Origin: Candidatus Doudnabacteria bacterium
GTDB taxonomy: Bacteria > Patescibacteriota > Doudnabacteria > UBA920 > O2-02-FULL-48-8
Length of the DNA stretch: 64,000 nucleotides
Direction of reading: 5' to 3'
Assembly: GCA_025450105.1 (NCBI GenBank)
Contig: JANWIA010000022.1
Location: 5,630 to 69,629, forward strand
Shown here: positions 58,367 through 64,000 of the stretch, piece by piece
How positions within the stretch are numbered: position 1 is the stretch's first letter
Layout of the letters: each line of letters begins with the position of its first letter
Position numbers and translations under genes: made by a program
Notes under the pieces: model-generated
Told to the model about the DNA's origin: nothing
The model's input: only the letters and a program-made list of their open reading frames with translations
Databases searched by the model: none

Positions 58367-58990
58367 ATGACTACTAAAACAAATTACATACTTCGCCCGG
58401 CAATCGCAAAACCACTAATTCATTGGTTTTACGACACTTATTGCAGCGCGGGAAATTTAGGAAAAAAATTTAAACAAAAAATTATTAAACTTGCTGGCAT
58501 AAAAAATGGCGATACTGTTGTGGATATTGGTTGTGGCACCGGAGTTTTATTAATTGAAGCTCAAAAGCAATTTCCGCAGGCAAAATTTATCGGATTTGAC
58601 CCGGAACAAGAAGCCAGCACAATCGCTAGGAAAAGAATGAGAAGATTAAGCATCCCAATTGTAGTTTTGGAAGATTGGGCCGAAGAACTTTGGATTGCAG
58701 ATAATTCAGTAGATGTAGCACTTTCTACTTTAGTGCTTCACCACTTGCCAACTGATGCAAAAATCGAATCCCTTAAAGAAATGCACAGAATTCTTAAACC
58801 GGGCGGAAAAGTTATTATTTCCGATTTCGGGCCTGGCGGTTGGGGCCTGTTTCTGTTTGAGCACAGGGGTTACCTAAAAGATCACAGGCTAGGATTAATT
58901 CCCGAATTTCTCAAAAAATCAGGTTTTAAAAACGTTTCTGTCATCCATAAACATTCTAAAAAAATCGATATTATTCAAGGAGAAAAATAA
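58367..58990 (+). CDS. class I SAM-dependent methyltransferase
   Basis: VVDIGCGTG, LVLHHL, RILKPGG. Confidence 0.9.
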   Translation: MTTKTNYILRPAIAKPLIHWFYDTYCSAGNLGKKFKQKIIKLAGIKNGDTVVDIGCGTGVLLIEAQKQFPQAKFIGFDPEQEASTIARKRMRRLSIPIVVLEDWAEELWIADNSVDVALSTLVLHHLPTDAKIESLKEMHRILKPGGKVIISDFGPGGWGLFLFEHRGYLKDHRLGLIPEFLKKSGFKNVSVIHKHSKKIDIIQGEK

Positions 58991-59008
58991 ATCGCCCGGT
59001 TGGGCGAT

Positions 59009-60337
59009 TTATAATTTTCGCAAGCTTATAAAAAATGTGCTCCCTTTATTTTCTTCCGATGTAAACCAGGTTCTACCGCCATGGGATTCTATCACTTGCT
59101 TAATGTAATACAGACCGAGGCCGGTTCCCTTAACCGAACTTAACCTGGCATTACTGGCGCGGTAAAACCCACCAAATATTTTTTCCTGATCCGCCTTCGG
59201 GATACCAATACCTTGGTCAGCCACAGAAATTTGAACACTGCCGTTGATTTTTTTGACGATAATTTTCACCTGGCCTTTTGGTTTGGAATATTTGAGGGCA
59301 TTGGAAATTATATTATTAATGACACGCTTAATTTTAACCTTGTCCCCTTTTACAGAAGCAGCTGTAACGGAGCTGACCAGTTCCACACCTCGATTACGCG
59401 CTTCCAGTTCAAAATTTTTGGCCGCATCGTCGACAACGCCGCCGAGATCGAAAACTTCCCAAGGATTAACTTTTTTGGCATTGACGGAATAAAGGTCCAG
59501 TAAGTCGTTAACAATCCCAATCATATTTTCGCTACTGTTCCGGATCAGCGCCAGCACGTCGTTTTGTTTCTTATCCAACTTGCCCGAAGTTCCCTTGATT
59601 AAAGTTTGCGCGGCCCAGGAAATGCCATTCAATGGCGAGCGGATTTCGTGCGACGCCAAGGATACCATTTCGGCATTCATGGTCATACGGACGATTTCTT
59701 TTTTTCGTGAGAACCAGTAGATTATCAAGATCACTAAAAGGAAAAGTGTGATCAGCGCTGACAACGCGGTGGCCAACCAAACAGCGCGCTGATGGCTTTC
59801 TGTTGAAATATCCATGCCTACAACGGCAACGACCTCATCAGTTGATGGGTCAGTGATAACACTCAATGCGGAAATCCAAGTTCCCCAACGGTCTGTGTAA
59901 TCACTTTCCAGTAACGATTGTTTATTTTGGAACATCGCGCGCAATTGCGGACTGGCCTCAAAATAAACATCGCCCGGTGCTGAATAATCTTCAGAGTCTG
60001 GATCCTCCGAATCTAAATAGAAAAAGATTTGACCGTTATGTTGCCCAAGCGCGTAAATAAATCTCGTGTCATAGTTTTGCTGTTTGGCTTTTGTGAACTG
60101 CTCCTTGAGCATCTGATAAGTCGGGTTCTCTAAATCGTCCTCCGATCCTGTCAGCGCCTTAATATCAGCAGGCTTAACAAACTGAGCAATGGTGTTGGCG
60201 CGGGTCAACAACGAATTCTTATCCGACGCATCAACGGTATAGTAAACAAAAACAGTGGCTGCTGTTCCAATAATGAACACCAGTCCAATCAATAAACCCA
60301 AATATTCTGAATTGTATTTGCCAAAGTTTTGTTTCAT
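59009..60337 (-). CDS. sensor histidine kinase with extracytoplasmic domain
   Basis: Two TMs; SHEIRSPL H-box, NIISNALKY, DQGIGIP, GTGLGL. Confidence 0.93.
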   Translation of the reverse strand: MKQNFGKYNSEYLGLLIGLVFIIGTAATVFVYYTVDASDKNSLLTRANTIAQFVKPADIKALTGSEDDLENPTYQMLKEQFTKAKQQNYDTRFIYALGQHNGQIFFYLDSEDPDSEDYSAPGDVYFEASPQLRAMFQNKQSLLESDYTDRWGTWISALSVITDPSTDEVVAVVGMDISTESHQRAVWLATALSALITLFLLVILIIYWFSRKKEIVRMTMNAEMVSLASHEIRSPLNGISWAAQTLIKGTSGKLDKKQNDVLALIRNSSENMIGIVNDLLDLYSVNAKKVNPWEVFDLGGVVDDAAKNFELEARNRGVELVSSVTAASVKGDKVKIKRVINNIISNALKYSKPKGQVKIIVKKINGSVQISVADQGIGIPKADQEKIFGGFYRASNARLSSVKGTGLGLYYIKQVIESHGGRTWFTSEENKGSTFFISLRKL

Positions 60338-60508
60338 TCCTACCTTTTCTATACCATAATCATATCAGAAAAAAACTCTCACTGAAATCTGAGAAATTTC
60401 ACATTTTAGGATGATTCCGTTACTATGGAGTTGCAGGGTTCCTTGGTCTGTGTTTTGTTGTCAGTTGGAAAAGGACTTTGGGACCCTGCCTATCCAATCG
60501 GAGGATTG

Positions 60509-60895
60509 ATGAAACGATACAGCGACGTTGACTTGTTAATGCAAGGATCGTACCAAAAACTGGAGTTGCTGGTTGCACTTGAAACCGAGCTCAACCAAAT
60601 ATCTTGGCCGAGCCTCCTCAAATTCTTCAACATTAGTTTTAAGCTTCGATCGAGTGGCATTTGCGTGATCAACTGCATATTCCACCAGGATCGAAGACCC
60701 TCACTGTTTCTGAAACCGAATTCTGGCTGGTACAAATGCTACGGCTGCCAGGAGGAAGGAAGCAAACTCGAGTTTCTTCAACACATGTTGTTCGACGAGG
60801 CAGAGGTCTCAAATAACATGCTCGAAGAATCACTGGAAATTGTCGATCGCATCCCTCGGATGCCCATCGAAGGTCAGCTCTCCCTGCCAATATAA
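60509..60895 (+). CDS. stand-alone CHC2 (DnaG primase-type) zinc-finger protein (orphan cassette)
   Basis: CIFHQDRRPSL...YKCYGC...G; GGAGG SD; terminator at about 60895-60928. Confidence 0.75.
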   Translation: MKRYSDVDLLMQGSYQKLELLVALETELNQISWPSLLKFFNISFKLRSSGICVINCIFHQDRRPSLFLKPNSGWYKCYGCQEEGSKLEFLQHMLFDEAEVSNNMLEESLEIVDRIPRMPIEGQLSLPI

Positions 60896-60934
60896 AAAGA
60901 CTGCACTCGCAACGATTGCAGTCTTTTTACGTTT

Positions 60935-61108
60935 TTACATTCCCAAAAATTGTAGAAGTTTATGGACCAGAAAGGCTGGCCAGACGATTGCTTTTAAGAC
61001 CCCCACTACACCATCCCCGAATCCGGTTGCGGTTTGGATGTAATATACTACCGCACCAAGGAAACCTAAACCATAAACCCCGCCCCCGACCCCGCCATGC
61101 TTTGACAT
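60935..61108 (-). CDS. small membrane protein (57 aa)
   Basis: MSKHGGVGGGVYGLGFLGAVVYYIQ...LKAIVWPAFLV; too short for the ORF track. Confidence 0.75.
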   Translation of the reverse strand: MSKHGGVGGGVYGLGFLGAVVYYIQTATGFGDGVVGVLKAIVWPAFLVHKLLQFLGM

Positions 61109-61122
61109 AGATATAAAATTAA

Positions 61123-61512
61123 TTAATTAGGTTTTTTATTTTCATCAGCAAAATCAATTTCATGCATTCGGTTGTAATTTTCTAAAGTTGCCCGTTCAAT
61201 TTCTACAACCTCGTCGTTGGACGGAAATTCGACATCAACTGCGGCACAAAACTGTTTTATCTCATCTACACTTTTTAATTCTCGTAAACTCGTCTTAAAA
61301 TTGATATACATTCTATCCTTTTCGGAGAATGGCACGTTTTCGTCTTTAAGCTCAAGTGTGAATCTTTCCTGTTCGCGCTCAAGATAATCCGGATACTTTT
61401 TAACAGCAACCCGATCTGTAAGCAAGTCAAGAAAAATCTCTTGGAATTGGGGATCAGTTTTAAGCCGTTCGAAATCCATATATTCCAATGGCTCTTTTCG
61501 ATTTTCGTTCAT
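61123..61512 (-). CDS. acidic hypothetical protein
   Basis: About 129 aa ORF in core-like codon style. Confidence 0.6.
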   Translation of the reverse strand: MNENRKEPLEYMDFERLKTDPQFQEIFLDLLTDRVAVKKYPDYLEREQERFTLELKDENVPFSEKDRMYINFKTSLRELKSVDEIKQFCAAVDVEFPSNDEVVEIERATLENYNRMHEIDFADENKKPN

Positions 61513-61564
61513 ATGTCTAATGATAACAAAAAGCACTAGCTTTCACTAGTGCTTTTATTTGCGG

Positions 61565-62104
61565 TTAGTTACCCGTTGGAATCTTGATTGACGACATGTC
61601 CATGAAAGTGATGTTGGCAGGTAATGCAAACTTGGTTGCATCAACAGTCCAGCCACTACAGTTATAATCAACTTCCTTGTTTACATCAACATTTTGGTTT
61701 GACCCGGCCGAACCGGATGCCGATTTCGCAGTTGAGAACTTGAAGCCATTGGTCTGGCCATCAACCCAACCATAATAGGTATTGTCCTGGATAATCGCGT
61801 GCGAACTGGCACTGACTCCGTTGGTGACCGAAGTAATATCCATTCGGGCCTTACCATTGGCAGTGTAAACAGTTCCCTGTGACTGACCTTCGCTATAAGT
61901 GCATTGCTGCGCGTTCATGCCCAACAAACCCTTAAGTGAGTTCTTCTGCGTGCCGGTTTGGGTGTCCGTATCGTTCGAACTGTCGTTTTGGGATGTTGGC
62001 TGCGTGTTTGATTCCTCGTTCTTCGGACCTTTATTTGCCATGGCAAAATAAACCACAAGAGCAATGACCACAATCGCACCGATGATGCCTAAAGTTTTGT
62101 TCAT
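61565..62104 (-). CDS. membrane-anchored exported protein
   Basis: N-terminal TM, low-complexity linker, two cysteines (QQCTY, YNCSGW). Confidence 0.75.
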   Translation of the reverse strand: MNKTLGIIGAIVVIALVVYFAMANKGPKNEESNTQPTSQNDSSNDTDTQTGTQKNSLKGLLGMNAQQCTYSEGQSQGTVYTANGKARMDITSVTNGVSASSHAIIQDNTYYGWVDGQTNGFKFSTAKSASGSAGSNQNVDVNKEVDYNCSGWTVDATKFALPANITFMDMSSIKIPTGN

Positions 62105-62222
62105 ATGCTTTAGTTAATGACTTAATTATATTGTCAGCAAGTTACCAAATAACAATTGCTGCCGCTACTGTTATAATCTACAAACAAAAAACCGCTCCGT
62201 AAAGGGCGGCTCGTTGCAAGTA

Positions 62223-63713
62223 TTACCTTGACCTGGTCGATGTGGTCCTAAAATCCAGTAGTCTTACAGATGCACGGCGTTTGGAATTAGCATTTGAGGA
62301 CATATAGATTTTTGATTGGTAAATTGTGATATCCCAGGAGGCATTCCACCATTGTTCGAATCCCCAATCAGTTCCCTGAAGCGTCCCGGACAAACTAAAC
62401 CGCTTTGCCTGCGGCCCGCCGGACAATGGCACAGTCACAATTTGTGGCCGCGATCGACGGCTGCTGGCTCGGGAAATACTCACACGCACCCCGCCCATGT
62501 GTGCAGAATCATACGAATCGAATTCTTCTGTCATATCCCCGTCCTCATCAAAAACTTTAACTGTTGGCGGCATTCCAGGTCCGGGAGCGGTGACAATATA
62601 AACGTCATCCCCATTGGCATAGGCTGCAATATCAACCCCGCCGGCAAAAGCCCCGTCGTAAGCAAAAAATGTCAGCACTTCCGTGCCATCTGGTTTGAAC
62701 GCACGAATGTGCGGCCCGCCGCCCTTACCAGGGGCAGTAATAATTTCGGCTTTGTCGTCATCATCAATATCGGCGGTGGTAACATTTACCCCGCCCAGGA
62801 ACTTCGGGTCATAGGCCATAAACTCGCCGGTTTTTTCACCCGCGGAATTGAAAATCTTTACTAGCGGCTGGCTCTTGCTGGCCGGTGCGGTAATGATTTC
62901 ATTCTTACCATCATCATCCAAATCGCCCACTGCCACATCGACTCCGCCGGTCATTTTCATATCGTAAGCAAAAAAATCTCGGACAATTGTTCCGTTTTCA
63001 TTCATAACTTTTACGTGCGGTCCGCCGCCAGGTCCGGCGCCAATAACAATTTCGGTTCCAGAATCTGAATCTAAATTTCCCGCGGCAATGAACGCCCCGC
63101 CTTCGAATCCGCCGAACGGCAAGATTTCATCGTCCTGGATTGGCCTCTCAATTGGCGTGGTAATTTTCGTTGCGGCCTTCAAACTATTATATGGACTGAT
63201 TGGACTGCGGTCTGGCCTGCGGATTTCAAAATGCAGATGCGCGGTGGTGGTTTCTGCATTACCCGAATCACCCATCCAGCCAATCAATTGACCAGCCACG
63301 ACCTCCATGCCGTCATTAACGTCTGGAGCATAAGCGAACATACCGTCGCCAGTCCCATCATCGGTACCCGGATGGTCATTGTTAATGTGCAAATAATGGT
63401 AGGTGTAGTCGTCTTCGTCGCGAATGGTCACGGAATAGCCCCAGGTCTCTTGCGGATAACTAACATTCACGCGTCCGTCCACAGCCGCAACCAATGGCAA
63501 CATTTTCTTGCCCATCAGGTCATTGCCTTCGTGGGAACGTGCCCCACCATCTCGCGGTGCGCCAAAATCATCATAATAAGTCACGGTACCGATTACCGGA
63601 AAAATAATCTTTCTGGTTTCCCATGTTGCCGCTTTTATTTCTAACGGAACCACGAACATGGACAAGAGTACAAATAAAACTGTAACTTTGCTGAGCAATT
63701 TAAATATTTTCAT
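62223..63713 (-). CDS. M23 metallopeptidase with FG-GAP-like repeats
   Basis: HEGND, YLHIN, HLHFEI; repeated GGGPHV...FFAYD..F.GGV units. Confidence 0.9.
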   Translation of the reverse strand: MKIFKLLSKVTVLFVLLSMFVVPLEIKAATWETRKIIFPVIGTVTYYDDFGAPRDGGARSHEGNDLMGKKMLPLVAAVDGRVNVSYPQETWGYSVTIRDEDDYTYHYLHINNDHPGTDDGTGDGMFAYAPDVNDGMEVVAGQLIGWMGDSGNAETTTAHLHFEIRRPDRSPISPYNSLKAATKITTPIERPIQDDEILPFGGFEGGAFIAAGNLDSDSGTEIVIGAGPGGGPHVKVMNENGTIVRDFFAYDMKMTGGVDVAVGDLDDDGKNEIITAPASKSQPLVKIFNSAGEKTGEFMAYDPKFLGGVNVTTADIDDDDKAEIITAPGKGGGPHIRAFKPDGTEVLTFFAYDGAFAGGVDIAAYANGDDVYIVTAPGPGMPPTVKVFDEDGDMTEEFDSYDSAHMGGVRVSISRASSRRSRPQIVTVPLSGGPQAKRFSLSGTLQGTDWGFEQWWNASWDITIYQSKIYMSSNANSKRRASVRLLDFRTTSTRSR

Positions 63714-63805
63714 ATGTTGTTCATGGTAGCACACCAAAAAATAATATTGAATAAATAAACTGACTAAAAAATTTCTGCTATAATCTCAATACCATAAGGA
63801 GGATT

Positions 63806-64000
63806 ATGGAATTTACAGAGGCGGATCTGGGCCAAGCCACAGACGTGCAATTGGCATCCATGCTTTTGCACCAACTGTATATCTTGTATGACGCGGGTGG
63901 AATATCCAACGACCGGTCCATAAAATCTGGACTCCTGGAAAGGGCCCGGTCCTTATTTCAAGAGTCGTGCTATTTTCACGATTCTTCCGCAGCGCTGCTT
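63806..64000 (+). CDS. hypothetical protein, 3' end outside window (orphan cassette style)
   Basis: TGCTATAAT -10, TAAGGAGG SD, frame open to the window end. Confidence 0.6.
   Translation, partial: MEFTEADLGQATDVQLASMLLHQLYILYDAGGISNDRSIKSGLLERARSLFQESCYFHDSSAALL

Overview
Bacterial chromosomal segment (genetic code 11, most core genes on the minus strand) that looks like a Patescibacteria/CPR genome, possibly Doudnabacteria-like; the taxonomy is my inference from gene content, protein style and SD-less core genes. Core functions include glyA, leuS, metG, glyQS, tgt, pnp, rpsO, nfo, tatD, sua5/tsaC, uppP, parB, mscL, malic enzyme, a Xer recombinase, a DEAD-box helicase, tRNA-Leu(CAA), a complete cyoABCDE quinol oxidase operon and a 1845-aa repeat-rich surface protein. 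Four things stand out. (1) A ~7 kb acyl-amino-acid tailoring cluster at 52-59 kb: ThiF adenylase, nitroreductase-like protein (together resembling a split OxzB), two FeeM/OxzA-like N-acyl amino acid synthases, ACP, PPTase, PlsC, two atypical SGNH hydrolases and a methyltransferase, next to an orphan sensor kinase. (2) About 15 scattered orphan gene cassettes with strong Shine-Dalgarno sites, usually their own promoter and terminator, and different codon style, whereas core genes lack SD; several encode stand-alone copies of core-machinery domains (RNAP alpha-CTD, primase CHC2 finger, STAS, macrodomain). (3) A family of intergenic REP-like palindromes, four of which carry a nested 15-bp palindromic micro-insertion, one with a perfect and one with a near-perfect 4-bp target duplication. 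(4) A leader-peptide attenuator controlling an orphan gene. All calls are from reading the sequence by eye; no searches were run.
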